Below are positions 12,900 to 30,261 of a stretch of 64,000 nt of DNA, piece by piece. The DNA comes from the human T2T-CHM13v2.0 reference genome, Homo sapiens: assembly GCF_009914755.1 (NCBI RefSeq), contig NC_060927.1. One strand, 5' to 3'. Position numbers and translations under genes: made by a program. The notes beneath the pieces were generated by a model. That model saw only the letters and a list, made by a program, of their open reading frames with translations, searched no databases and was not told the origin of the DNA. The first letter of the stretch is position 1; each line of letters starts with the position of its first letter.

Positions 12900-15285
12900 A
12901 AATATGGTTTGGCTCCGTGTCCCCACTCAAATCTCATCTCAAATTGTAATCCCCACATGTCGAGGGAGGGACCTGTAATCCCCACCTGTTGAAGGAGGGA
13001 GGTGATTGGATCATGGGGGCCGTGTCCCCCATTTTGTTCTTGTGATAGTGAGTGAATCCTCACAAGATCTGGTTTTAAAAGTGGCAGTTTTTTCCTGTAT
13101 TCTCACTTCTCTCTCTTGCCACCATGTGAAGAAGGTCCTTGCTTCTCTTTTGTCTTCTGCCATGATTGTAAGTTTCCTGAGGCCTCCCCAGCCATGTAGA
13201 ACTGTAAGTCAATTAAACCTCCTTGGTTCATAAATTACCCAGTCTCAGGTGGTGTCTCTATAGCAGTGTCAGAATGGACTAATATAGTAAATTGGTGCCA
13301 GGAGTGGAGTACTGCTATAAAGATACTCAAAAATGTGGACACAGCTTCGGAACTGGGTAACAGGCAGAGGTTGGAACAGTATGGAGGGCTTAGAAGAAGA
13401 CAGGAAGATGTGGGAAAGTTTGGAACTTCCTAGAGACCTGTTGAATGGTTTTGACCAAAATGCTGATAGTGATGTGAACAATGAAGTCCAGGCTGAGGTG
13501 GTCTTAGATGGAGATGAGGAACTTATTGTAAACGGGAGTAAAATTTGCTCATGCTGTGCTTTAGCAAAGAGACTAGTGGCATTTTGCCACTGCCCTAGAG
13601 ATCTGTGAAACTTTGAACTTGAGAGAGATGATTTAGGATATCTGGTGGAATAAATTTCTAAGCAGCAAAGCATTCGAGATGTGACCTGGATTATTCTGAA
13701 AGCATTCGGATTTATGTGTTCACAAAGAGATGTTTTGAAATGGTAACTGATGTTTAAAACAGAAGCAGAGCATAAAAGTTTGGAAAGTTTGCAGCCTGAT
13801 GATGCAATAGAAAAGAAAAACCCATTTTTCTCAGCAGAAATTCAATCTGGCTGCAGAAATTTGCATATGTAATGAGGAGGCAAATGTTAACAGCCAAGAC
13901 AATGGGGAAAATGTCTCCAGGGCATGTCAGAGATCTTGGTGGCAGCCCCTTCTATCACAGGCCTGGAAGCTTAAGAGGGAAAAATGGTCTTGTGGGCTGG
14001 ACCTAGGGCCCTGCTGCTCTGTGCAGCCTCAGGACTTGGCACTCTGCATCCCAGCTGCTGCTGTTCCAGCTCAAGCTGGTGTTAAAGGGGGCCAAGGTAC
14101 AGCTCAGGCCATGACTTCTGAGGGTGCAAGCCCCAAGCCTTGGCAGCTTCCATGTGGTGTTGGGCCTGGGGATGCGCAGAAGTCAAGAATTGAGGTTTGG
14201 GAACCTTTGCCTAGATCTCAGAGGATGTACGGAAATGCCTGGACGTCCAGGCAGAAGTTTGCTGCAGGAGTGGAGCCCTCATGGAGAACCTGTGCTAGGG
14301 TAGTGTGGAAGAGAATGTGAGGTTGGAGCTCCCACACTGAGTCCCCATTGGGGCACTGCTTAGAGGAGCTGTGGGAAAAGGGCCACTGTCCTCCAGCCCC
14401 CAGAATGGTAGTTCCACTGACAGCTTGCACTGTGCACCTGGAAAAGCTGCAGACACTCAACACCAGCCCATGAAAGCAGCTGGGGCAGAGGTTGTACCCT
14501 GCAAAGTCACAGGGGTGGAGCTGCCCAAGACCATGGGAGTCCACCCCTTTCATCAGTGTGCCCCAGATGTGAGACAGAGAGTCAAAAGAGATGATTTTAG
14601 AGCTTTAAGATTTAATGACTGCCCTGCTGGAATTTGGACTTGCATGGGGCATGTAGCCCCTTTGTTTTGGCCAATTTTTCCCATTTGGAATGGGAGCATT
14701 TATCTAATTCCTGTACCCCCATTGTATCTAGGAAGTAACTAACTTGCTTTTGATTTTACAGGCTCCTAGGTAGAAGGGACTTTCCTTGTCTCAGATGAGA
14801 CTTTGGACTTGAACTTTTGGGTTAATGCTGGAATGAATTAAAACTTTGAGGGACTATAGGGAAGGCATGATTGGTTTTGAAATGTGAAAAGACATGAGAT
14901 TTGGGAAGAGGAAGGAGTGGAATGACATGGTTTGGCTCTGTGTCCCCACCCAAATTTCATCTCGAATTGTAATCCCCACCTGTCGAGGGAGGGAGGTGAT
15001 TCAATCATGGGGGCAGTTTCCCCCATGCTGCTCTCATGATAGTGGGTGAATCCTCACAAGATCTGGTGGTTTTAAAAGTGGCAGCTTTTTTTCCTGCATT
15101 CTCACTTCTCTCTCCTGCCTCCATGTGAAGAATGTCCTTGCTTCTCCTTCACCTTCTGCCATGATTGTAAGTTTCCTGAGGCCTCCCCAGCCATGTGGAA
15201 CTGTGAGTCAAATAAACCTCCTTTGTTTATAAATTACCCAGTCTCTGGTATTATCTTTATAGCAGCATGAGAATGGATTAATACA
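12900..15285 (+). mobile_element. Two-LTR MaLR provirus, MSTA/THE1D-type: 5' LTR ~12900-13286, internal 13287-14922, 3' LTR 14923-15285
   Basis: Two similar ~370-bp LTRs flank a 1.6-kb MaLR internal region starting gtaaattggtgccagg. A purine tract precedes the 3' LTR. ORF-track pieces 13333-13608 and 14021-14742 are MaLR ORF remnants. Confidence 0.92.
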
Positions 15286-16136
15286 GAGTCACTTGTTTTG
15301 GATTGTAAACTAAAAATAAAATCCTAAGTGCCCCACCTGACTGAATGGACCCCCTGTTGGCCAAGAGGGCCCCAGAGAAACCTTAAAAACTGAGTTCCTA
15401 GTCATGATGGGATGGGAAGTCAGACACGCCTCATTATGTCTCCTCCCCATTGTGGTTACATGCAACTTAACAACATTAATGTTAAAATAACCATAAAGCT
15501 GACAGAATAGACTCTTTATAGCAGTAGGACACAAAGTTATAAACAGGATCTGAGGCCATTCCAGGTAAGGGTTAAGTCACTCCCTGCCCCTACACTTAAA
15601 GAATAAACTATGTTTTAACTGCCACAAGGTTTTTCCTTTTCCCTAGCAGCTAAAGAAGCACTGACCTTGACATAAGCAATGGTGAAACAATTTACAGCTC
15701 ATTCACTGCCAAATGCTGACTAACTGACCCCCTGTTCCACCAGCCTTGATGGGACAAGAGGCTGATTTCAGTAACTTTCTCCTGATAAGAAAACCACTGA
15801 CCATGGACTGGTTCTGGCTGGACACAGTGGCTGCACACTTGAGTACCTTTGTGTCCTGAAAAAAAACTTTTTGATATGTAGGGCCTAATTGTAATATATT
15901 TATTTATTTATTTTTATTTTTTTTTTATTATTATTATACTTTAAGTTTTAGGGTACATGTGCACAATGTGCAGGTTAGTTACATATGTATACATGTGCTA
16001 TGCTGGTGTGCTGCACCCATTAACTCGTCATTTAGCATTAGGTATATCTCCTAATGCAATCCCTCCCCCTCCCCCCACCCCACAACAGTCCCCAGAGTGT
16101 GATGTTCCCCTTCCTGTGTCCATGTGTTCTCATTGT

Positions 16137-19960
<3,824 letters not shown>

Positions 19961-20023
19961 TATGATGTTAGCTGGTTATTTTGCTCGTTAGTTGCTGCAG
20001 TTTCTTCCTAGTCTCGATGGTCT

Positions 20024-21040
20024 TTACATTTTGGCATGATTTTGCAGCGGCTGGTACTGGCTGTTCCTTTCCATGTTTAGTGCTTCCTTCAGGAGCTCTT
20101 TTAGGGCAGGCCTGGTGGTGACAAAATCTCTCAGCATTTGCTTGTCTGTAAAGTATTTTATTTCTCCTTCACTTATGAAGCTTAGTTTGGCTGGATATGA
20201 AATTCTGGTTTGAAAATTCTTTTCTTTAAGAATGTTGAATATTGGCCCCCACTCTCTTCTGGCTTGTAGAGTTTCTGCTGAGAAATCCGCTGTTAGTCTG
20301 ATGGGCTTCCCTTTGTGGGTAACCCGACCTTTCTCTCTGGCTTCCCTTAATATTTTTTCCTTCATTTCAAATTTGGTGAATCTGACGATTATGTGTCTTG
20401 GAGTTGCTCTTCTCGAGGAGTTTCTTTGTGGCGTTCTCTGTATTTCCTGAATCTGAATGTTGGCCTGCCTCGCTAGATTGGGGAAGTTCTCCTGGATAAT
20501 ATCCTGAAGAGTGTTTTCCAACTTGGTTCCATTCTCCCCATCACTTTCAGGTACACCAATCAGACGCAGATTTGGTCTTTTCATATAGTCCCATATTTCT
20601 TGGAGGCTTTGTTCATTTCTTTTTATTCTATTTTCTCTAAACTTCCCTTCTCACTTCATTTCATTCATTTCATCTTCCATCACTGATACCCTTTCTTCCA
20701 GTTGATCGCATCAGCTCCTGAGGCTTCTGCATTCTTCATGTAGTTCTCGAGCCTTGGCTTTCAGCTCCATCAGCTCCTTTAAGCACTTCTCCGTATTGGT
20801 TATTCTAGTTATACATTCGTCTAAATTGTTTTCAAAGTTTTTAACTTCTTTGCCTTTGGTTTGAATTTCCTCCTGTAGCTCAGAGTAGTTTGATCATCTG
20901 AAGCCTTCTTCTCTCAACTCGTCAAAGTCATTCTCCATCCAGCTTTGTTCTGTTGCTGGTGAGGAATTGCATTCCTTTGGAGGAGGAGAGGTGCTCTGCT
21001 TTTTAGAGTTTCCAGTTTTTCTGCTCTGTTTTTTCCCCAT
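20024..21040 (-). pseudogene. L1 ORF1 (RNA-binding protein), disrupted
   Basis: MGKKQSRK start at 21040. The 1017-bp span is retained, with a premature TGA at 20894-20896. The C-terminal part (20024-20584) is open. Confidence 0.95.
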
Positions 21041-22371
21041 CTTTGTGGTTTTGTCTACTTTTGGTCTTTGATGATGATGTACAGATGGGTTTTTGGTGTG
21101 CATGTCCTTTCTGTTTGTTAGTTTTCCTTTTAACAGATGGGACCCTCAGCTGCAGGTCTGTTGGAGTTTGCTAGAGGTCCACTCCAGACGCTCTTTGCCT
21201 GGGTATCAGCAGTGGTGGCTGCAGAACAGCAGATTTTCGTGAACCGTGAATGCTGCTGTCTGATCGTTCCTCTGGAAGTTTTGTCTCAGAGGAGTACCCA
21301 GCCGTGTGAGGTGTCAGTCTGCCCCTACTCGGGGGTGCCTCCCAGTTAGGCTGCTTGGGGGTCAGGGGTCAGGGACCCAGTTGAGAAGGCAGTCTGCCAG
21401 TTCTCAGATCTCCAGCTGCGTGCTGGGAGAACCACTGCTCTCTTCAAAGCTGTCAGACAGGGACATTTAAGTCTGCAGAGGTTACTGCTGTCTTTTTGTT
21501 TGTCTGTGCCCTGCCCCTAGAGGTGGAGCCTACAGAGACAGGCAGGCCTCTTTGAGCTGTGGTGGGCTCCACCCATTTCAAGCTTCCCGGCTGCTTTGTT
21601 TACCTAAGTGAGCCTGGGCAATGGCAGGCACCCCTCCCCCAGCCTCGCTGCCACCTTGCAGTTTGATCTCAGACTGCTGTGCTAGCAATCAGTGAGACTC
21701 TGTGGGCGTAGGACCCTCTGAGCCAGGTGCGGGATATAATTCTCCTGGTGCGCTGTTTCCTAAGCCCGTCGGAAAAGCGCAGTATTCAGGTGGGAGTGAC
21801 CCAATTTTCCAGGTGCAGTGTGTCACCCCTTTCCTTGACCAGGAAAGGGAACTCCCTGAGCCCTCACGCTTCCTGAGTGAGGCAATGCCTCACCCTGCTT
21901 CAGCTTGCGCACGGCACGCTGCACCCACTGTCCTGCGCCCACTGTCTGGCACTCCCTAGCGAGATGAACCCAGTACCTCAGATGGAAATGCAGAAGTCGC
22001 CCGTCTTCTGCGTTGCTCATGCTGGGAGCTGTAGACTGGAGCTGTTCCTATTCAGCCATCTTGGCTCCTCCTCCAATTGTTATATATTTAAATGTTAATT
22101 CTCCACCCCAATGCTTGCATCTGGATCCCCTCAATGAATATTCATAACTTCTTCTTTAAACTGATAAATATGAATGTTGAGCCAACCTATTCAGCATGAA
22201 GCTCCTGCCCAACCCCTCCTTCTTCCAAGTGCCTGCTTCTGGGCTTTTACCAGAGGCTATGCTTCCTAGCTTGTCAAAATGACCATCTTTCAGGGCATAA
22301 CCCTTTATAAGAAATAAAGCTCTCCTTTCTCAATTTATGAAGACCATGGGATTTTTTAGTTAACAGGAAAA

Positions 22372-22510
22372 ATCATTCTTAATGTGGATCCACTGATCCT
22401 TTGTTTCAGAATCATTGAGATTGCTTGTTAAACAGGCAGAGCCTACTGCATCAGAATCTCTGGAGGTAGGGCCAGGATCTGCTTTTTAACTGGCTACTGG
22501 AACGCCTTAG
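22372..22510 (+). mobile_element. MER5-type DNA transposon fragment
   Basis: cagaatca..gcttgttaaa..gcaga..cctactgcatcagaatctctggaggtagggccagg..ctgctttttaac. Confidence 0.6.
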
Positions 22511-23437
22511 GCTGGGCTCCCCGAAGCCTACCTGGGGACAGGCACAGGATGCCAAGGAAGGGTGTGGTCTCTGATAAAGTCCCATCTGGCCAAAGTCCCA
22601 GTCTGATGCTCCAGGGGAGTCTGCAGGAGCTTGAGGCAATGGGGCTGGATTCTCCTACTCCTGAACTTGTCAGTCATTGGCTAAGGGCTTGACTTGAAGT
22701 ACTTCTGGTTCTCTGTAGGTTCAGGCAGAGAGATTCTCATAGCCTGAGCACAGCCCTACACACTGAGTTACAAGTGGAAGCCATGGGAATTTAGTGAAGT
22801 ACGAGGGAAGGACAGAAGCAGCAAAGGGATCCCAGGGCCTCTAAGCAGAACACAGTGCCCACTACAGCAGGTGATTAGACGTCAGGATACTGGACCCTCA
22901 TCTCTCTTCCCCATCATGGAGTGGGGATGGGGGAGGGGTGGGCTTTAGTTTAGCAATTCCAGGTGGGCTGGCTCCTAGCCAGCTCTTTTTGAGATCTCCC
23001 CACCACAGAGAAGTGCAAATATGCCTTATCATTTTTTGTAGTTGTGTGGTGGGTAATGTTTTGTGTACACACACACCCCCACACACACACATGCCCACAC
23101 ACAAACACATATACATGCCCAGCATTAGAGAAAGCATAATTGTGTGAAACCTTCAAAGCTTCTCTCTGCTGGAAGGGAATGGAAACCCCAGGGCATATTG
23201 CCAATTTCCTCCTCTCCCTACAGATGCTGTAAAGGACGTCCCAATCCCCTACAGGTTTCCAAATGGAGAGGTTGCTTGTAATTATTTGAATGCTGAGAGA
23301 GAGATACTTCACAGGCTTTTATTTCTAAGCAGTTGTCTTGATGTCAAGCAGCAGGACTGTTCTGGGAAAACTAGGCTTATGATTATTACTTTTTTTGGTG
23401 GAAGAGAGATTTTGTCCACATAAAATAAATGAATTGC

Positions 23438-23968
<531 letters not shown>

Positions 23969-24670
23969 TTATGGAAAAATATAAAAGAGTGGATACATTT
24001 AGGAAAGGGAGGGAGGGACACCAGGTGCCACAGGCCTTGTAACACATTCTCTCCTCACTCACATTTTCATCTGTGTCTGAGGGCAGCTACCTCTCAAAAA
24101 CACTCCTTTAAAGGACTTGTCAATGAGGTCAATGAAGTCTGTGCGGCTAGCACCTGATCACCTCTGTAAATGAAAACATGCTTTTCCTTTCAGGGAAAAT
24201 ATACAAATAGACCCTTTTCTGGGGCAGCTTTCGAAATGCCTGATTCTTTATTGTTCAATTTTGAAGGCTTTGACAATGGAAATTCTGACTGCTGGACTAT
24301 TTGAGTATCTGTCAAGGCTTAGAGGCTCTCAGCTTTCTGGGTCAAATCAGAGGTGAGCTTGCCTTTCCTCTCAATTTGTATAGTTCAGGTCCTCATTGTC
24401 TCTTACCTAGGCTCTTATTGTAGCCTCCTAATTCCATCCCTCTTTCTCCTTTCCTCCCTCCCTCCCTTTCTTCTTTTATTTAAATATCTATCGTTGCATT
24501 ACTAATCACCCCAACATGAACCTGTTCAGGAAATTTTTCTGGTAGTGACCTCTGCATTCTCCTGACTACACAGTTTCCCTGCCTGCATCTGTCCTTTCTC
24601 TGGGCCTGAGATTTGGGGCCAAGCCCAAGTAAGTGCATCTAAGGAAGAATATTTCTGGGACCAGGCACCT

Positions 24671-24817
24671 CTCCCTCTCTGTACTCACTGTTAGCTAAAT
24701 TTTCAGCCCTGGAGCCTCTCCCCGGAGTCTAAATTTTTAGCCCTGGAGCCTCTCCCTAATTTTCAGCCCTGGAGATTCTCCTTCTCCCTCTCCCTACTCA
24801 CTGTTAGCTAAATTTTC
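24671..24817. repeat. Complex short direct-repeat cluster in unique DNA
   Basis: tactcactgttagctaaattttc occurs twice and brackets three copies of aattttcagccctggag(cc/at)tctcc. Confidence 0.85.
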
Positions 24818-25139
24818 CAATTTGCCTTTCACACTTGGCCAAATACAGCCAAGAACACCTGAGGGCATATTCTTATATCCCTTCTTCAGGCAAAAATTAG
24901 TTTAAGGGATTGAGTGAGCTCTGGAAAGCTAGGAACTCATGGACTGTTTATGATGCTGAGGATGAGAAATCAGGTAAGGACCAAGCCTGCTGTGCTTGAA
25001 AAATGGGGTACCAGCTGAGCTTCCCCCAACTTGTCTAGGATAGGACACTTGCAGCCAATTGTTAGTTCACTCTGCACTTTGAGGTATGAGATTAGCATTT
25101 ATTTCTCACCTTCTCAGACAGTCCTTTGTGTGGAAAAGT

Positions 25140-25390
25140 TTTAGTTTTAGTTTTAGTTTCTGTTTTTTGAGGCAGAGTCTTGCTTTGTCACCCAGGCTGG
25201 AGTGCAGTGGTGCTATCATGACTAACTGAAGCTTCAACCTCCCAGGCTCAAGTGATCCTCCTGCTGCAGCCTCCTGAGTAGCTGGGACTACAGGTGTGTG
25301 TCGCCACGCTTGGCTAATTTTTGTATTTTTTTTAGAGAGACATGGTTTTATCATGTTGCTTGGGCTGGTCTCAAACTCCTGGGTTCAAGC
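25140..25390 (-). mobile_element. 5'-truncated AluJ with (TTTTAG)n tail
   Basis: TSD tggaaaagt at 25131-25139 and 25391-25399. Confidence 0.9.
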
Positions 25391-25469
25391 TGGAAAAGTA
25401 TTTTTAATTGAAATGGCAGATTATACTTGAAAGGGATTTGGATGAGGAAGCATGTGCGTTGGGGGAGAA

Positions 25470-25700
25470 CATTCTCTTAGTCATAAGTGCATGGGCTTTC
25501 GTGTCAGATAAGCTAAAGTTTAAACAATTGCTTTGTCCCTATTGGCTGTGTGGCCTTGCCTGTATTATTCTGTCTTTCTGATCCTGTTTTTCATCTGTAA
25601 AATGAGCATTATGATGACACCTACTTTTCTCGGTAGCTGTCAGGGTTAGATCATGTATATGAAGTTCCAACATGTAAACATATATCATATATACCAACTA
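25470..25700 (+). mobile_element. MIR SINE
   Basis: ggctgtgtggccttg..tctgatcctgtttttcatctgtaaaatgagcattatgatgacacctac MIR core. Confidence 0.65.
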
Positions 25701-26695
25701 TTACCATAATCATTGAAAATTAAAGCTTGCATTTTGCTTGTTGGGATATCCTGAGTCTTTTGAACAAATTTTCTGGAAACTTGGAAAGTCAAAAACCACT
25801 TTTAGGGTTGGCTCAAGGAAATAAACTTTCACCTTGCCTAGATAGTTCCCAATTTTAGAAAAGTTAAATGCACTTAAAGCCAGTTTTAAGAGGCCTGGAT
25901 CATTTATGTATGTTTCCAGGGTTGAAGGTTGGAGAGAAGGTGTGGTATTGTGGTCATCTGCAGTGTCTCGCCCATAGGAACCAGTCTAGAGCTGAGAAGT
26001 GCCTTGGTCTTGCTTCCAAAAGAGACTACAAGTCCAAGAGAAGCATCTATGACCCTCATCTTAGGGCAGGGACATTCACAGCAATCACTCAGTTTGAGAA
26101 AGCAACCCTTAGCTAAAGTCAGTCCTTACAGCAAAGGACGTACATTTAGGATGATTTACACTTTCCCAGCTGGGTGTGTGTGGTGAGTGCAAGGAATGCC
26201 CTTCAGAATGGCCACACTGTTATTATTTTCATTTTATGAGAAGTGTGCTTAAATTGTAGTCCAGTTTACAAAACTAGGCCAACTAGCAGGTCAATGGTGA
26301 TGCAATTTTGAAGGGTACTTGAAGTTGTCAAAATGGGAACAGCAATTAGAGAGCCTTTTTGTGAGTACATTATTTCCTTTGGATATGGCTTTATGTCTTA
26401 TAAATATATGTGACATAAAGTACACATATATAAAAACTATGTTTACCATGTTTTGTCAATTCTAAGTCATAGATTTATTTTTTCACATTGTAAGATAACT
26501 GAAATCAGAATATGTGTCACAATCTATGGCATCTTACGATCACTGGAACTAGATGGTCTGTCATTGTCATGGCCTGGAGATACACAAATTTGGCCTCGCT
26601 TGTTCATACTGATATCACTTCACCTGAGGGTTGTCTTGGTCATTCATACTGACATCACTTCGTCGGCGTGGTTTATTGGTATTATGTGTGTTAAC

Positions 26696-26970
26696 TTTTT
26701 TTTTTTTTTTTTGAGACAGAGTCTCTCTCTGTCATGCAGGCTGGAGTGCAGTGGCAAAATCTGGGCTCACTGCAACCTCTGCCTCCAGGTTCAAGTGATT
26801 CTCCTGCATCAGCCTCCCAAGTAGCTGGGACCACAGGTGTGTGCCTGGCTAATTTTTTGTATTTTTAGTAGAGACGAGATTTAATCATGTTTCCCAGGCT
26901 GGTCTTGGTGATCCACCTGCCTCAGCCTCCCAAAGTGCTGGGATTACAGGTGTGAGCCATTGCACCGGCC
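26696..26970 (-). mobile_element. AluS element with small internal deletions
   Basis: 15-bp TSD atgtgtgttaacttt at 26684-26698 and 26972-26986. Confidence 0.93.
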
Positions 26971-27202
26971 AATGTGTGTTAACTTTAAATGCTATTCGAA
27001 ATGCCTTCAGAAAGGTTACACTACAATCTGGCATTGAAATGAAAGGTTGTTGTGGCCTAGAAAGGCACAGAAATAGCAGTAAAACCTTGAGATGTTGTTA
27101 GTGAAGTAAATGTTCATTATTGGAGAAATGACTGCAATTCCATATTTTATCAGAAAGCAATAACCAAATGCTTTATATACTTCATAAAAAGCAGATATCC
27201 AC

Positions 27203-27989
27203 TGTGTTAGTCCATTTGTGTTGCTATAAAGAAATACCTGAGACTGAGTGATATGGTTTGGCTGTGTCCCCACCCAAATTTCATCTTGAATTATAGCTCC
27301 CATAATTCCCATATGTTGTAGGAGAGACCTGGTGGGAGATCATTGAATCATGGGGGTGGTTTCCCCCATACTGTTCTCATATAAGTGAATAAGTCTCATG
27401 ATATCTGATGTTTTTATAAAGGGTTTCCTCTTTCACTTGGCTCTCATTTTTCTCTCTTGCCTGCTGCCATGTAAGACATGCCTTTTGCCTTCCACCATGA
27501 TTGTGAGGCCTCCCTAGCCACGTGGAACTATGAGCCCATTAAACCTCTTTTTCTTTACAAGTTGCCCAGTCTTGGATACGTCTTTATCAGCAATGTGAAA
27601 ACGGACTAATACACTAGGTAATTTATAAAGAAAGGAGATTTATTTGGCTTACAGTTTTGCAGGCTGCACATGAAGCATAGTTGGCATCTGCTTCTGGTGA
27701 GGGCCTTAGGAAGGTTCCAGCCATGTTGGAAAGCAAAGGAGAGCCAGTGTGTCACATAGCAAGACAGGGAGCAAGACAGAGAGGAAGGAGGTGCCAGGCT
27801 CTTTCCAACAATCCAATCTCACGTTAACTCATAGAGTGAGAACTCACTCATTACTGGGAGAACTGCACCAAACCATTCATGAAGGATTGGCCCCTATGAC
27901 CCAAATATTTCCTGCTAGGCCCACCTCCAACACTGGAGGTCACATTTCAACATGAGATTTGGAGAGAACAAAACATCCAAACCATATCA
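27203..27989 (-). mobile_element. MSTB-type solo LTR, split by a THE1
   Basis: tgtgttagtccatttgtgttgctataaagaaatacctgaga...catccaaaccatatca. TSD tccac/cccac. Confidence 0.85.
27249..27613 (+). mobile_element. THE1D-like solo LTR
   Basis: tgatatggtttggctgtgtccccacccaaat...acggactaataca. TSD ctgag/ctagg. Confidence 0.9.
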
Positions 27990-28220
27990 CCCACAAGTAG
28001 ATGAAGCTGTGCTGTATTTTGTATTGAGATACTTGCAAAAGAATTGTTCAGTACACATCAAGCCATGTACCTACAGGCAGAAGAAATTGCCAAATTCCTT
28101 GGATTAGATAAAAGAAACTTCAAGGCAACAAGAGGTAGGTGTGACTGATTTATGCATTATGCAGGGTGATTCTCAAGGAATTATGTTTAACAGCAGTATT
28201 TTTTTCCTTTAGTGTTTTAA

Positions 28221-28524
<304 letters not shown>

Positions 28525-29199
28525 CCTTTAGTGTTTTTAAAATAGTGGTATATCTTATAATCAATTGAGTCTTAGAGTCCATGAAATACAGTACATTGAA
28601 AATGACACATAACTATTCATTAGCAGCAAATGCTGTCATCACCTATAAAATACATTTAGCAATTGTACACATAACAGGCTCCCCTGTCCCCACAAAACTC
28701 TCATACTTCCTTTGTTCTTTGGTCCCTCCTGTAAACAATTCTACAACTAGACAAAACCTATGAGGCAAATGTTTTCAGCACAATGCAGCAGACAATGCAA
28801 GTCTCTGATTCTTGAAAGAAGAGAAATTCACATTTGTCCCGGTCCTGGAGGCCCTTCCCAGACTGCAGCAGGAAAGTTGAGCCCCAGTGGAACACAGGGG
28901 TCTTTCTGGGTGGAGAAGGCAGAGAATGACATTTGGGGTGTTTGGATTTAGTAGGGAAGGGTGCTAAAAGGAGAGAGTGCACAAGGCAGAGCATTCTGGG
29001 CTGTCCATGTGCAGAGCAAGGCTGTCCTGGAATGCAGAGAACTAAGTCAAGATCACAGAAGTAGTGAAGTCCTGGGAAATGTTTGAGTTCCCACACAGTC
29101 AGTGTTCAGAGACTTTGCTGAGCACCTCAAGCATTCAGTTGAGATGTCGGAAAAGCCATAATTTAGGAGTAAGGACCACATTCTGGATTGAAGGCCATG

Positions 29200-29690
29200 T
29201 TTCTAGGACTATGGACAAAACTCGAAATACATTGGCCCTAACAAAACCTACCAAATTCTGACTGCATCAAGAGAATCTACCAGTCATTTAACCACCAGTC
29301 AGAAAAAACTTAACATTTTTTTTTTGTTGTTTTTTAAGGGAAGACAACATAGTTCAGACTTTGTACAAGGTATCATTTACAATGTCCATCATATAATCAA
29401 AAATTATCAGACATGTGAAGCAGGAAAACAGGAACCATAATCAATAGAAAAAGCACTAAATAGATACTCTGAAATAACCTATGTGTTGAAATTAGCAAAC
29501 GATTTTAAAGTTGTTATTACAAGTATGTTTGAGGATTTAAAAAAAAAGGATTACAAAGTGAGAGAATAGAAGGGTAAGAAGATAAAAATTTTAAGTTATT
29601 AAAAATATGCCTAAAATTTTAAGAAAAGATGGACACAATGAGTGAATAGATCAGTAGACCAGAAATTGAAAGAATAAAACTAAAAATAAT
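29200..29690 (+). mobile_element. Old L1M 5'/ORF1-region fragment
   Basis: A-rich sequence aaaaattatcagacatgtgaagcaggaaaa..atgtgttgaaattagcaaac..gattttaaag. Confidence 0.55.
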
Positions 29691-29845
29691 GGCCAGGCAC
29701 AATGGCTCATGCCTACAATCCCAGAACTTTGGGAGGCCTACCGCTTTGGGAGGCTAAAGCAAGAGGACCATTTGAGGCCAGGAGTTTGAGACCAGCCTGG
29801 GCAACATAATGAGACATTGTCTCTATTTTTTTTTTTTAAAAAAAG
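29691..29845 (+). mobile_element. Alu left monomer (FLAM-like)
   Basis: ggccaggcacaatggctcatgcc...gggcaacataatgagacattgtctct, with an internal duplicated ctttgggaggc. Confidence 0.8.
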
Positions 29846-30235
29846 GCTGGGTGTGGTGGTTCGCATTTGTAATTCTGGCACTTCGGGAGGCTGAGGTGGG
29901 CAGACTACTTGAGCTCAGGAGTTTCTGAGCATCTGGGGCAACACAGGGAGACCCCATATGTAGAAAAAAAATGTAAAAATTAGCTGGACATGGTGGCACG
30001 CACCTGTAGTCCCAGCTACTTGGGAGACTGAGGTGGGAGGATTGCCTGAGCCCTGGAGCTCGAGGCTGCAGTAAGCCAAGATTGAGCCACTGCATTTGAA
30101 CCTGGATGACATAGTGAGACCCTGTCTCAAAAAAAAAAAAAAAGCAAACAAACAAACAAAAAAACAAAAAACAACCAAATGAACAAACAAAAAAAATCCC
30201 CGAGAAACACAACAACACAACAACACCGAAAAAAA
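29846..30235 (+). mobile_element. AluJ with (CAAA)n tail
   Basis: Full dimer immediately after the monomer. Confidence 0.88.
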
Positions 30236-30261
30236 TAGCTCTGGGTTACTCAGGTTACAAG

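Noticed and set aside
13269-14742. Several 90-134-aa ORFs
   Set aside because: They are fragments or antisense frames of the MaLR internal region, broken by stops and frameshifts.
24671-24817. CRISPR-like repeat array
   Set aside because: The DNA is eukaryotic, there are no unique regular spacers and no cas genes. Local duplication explains it.
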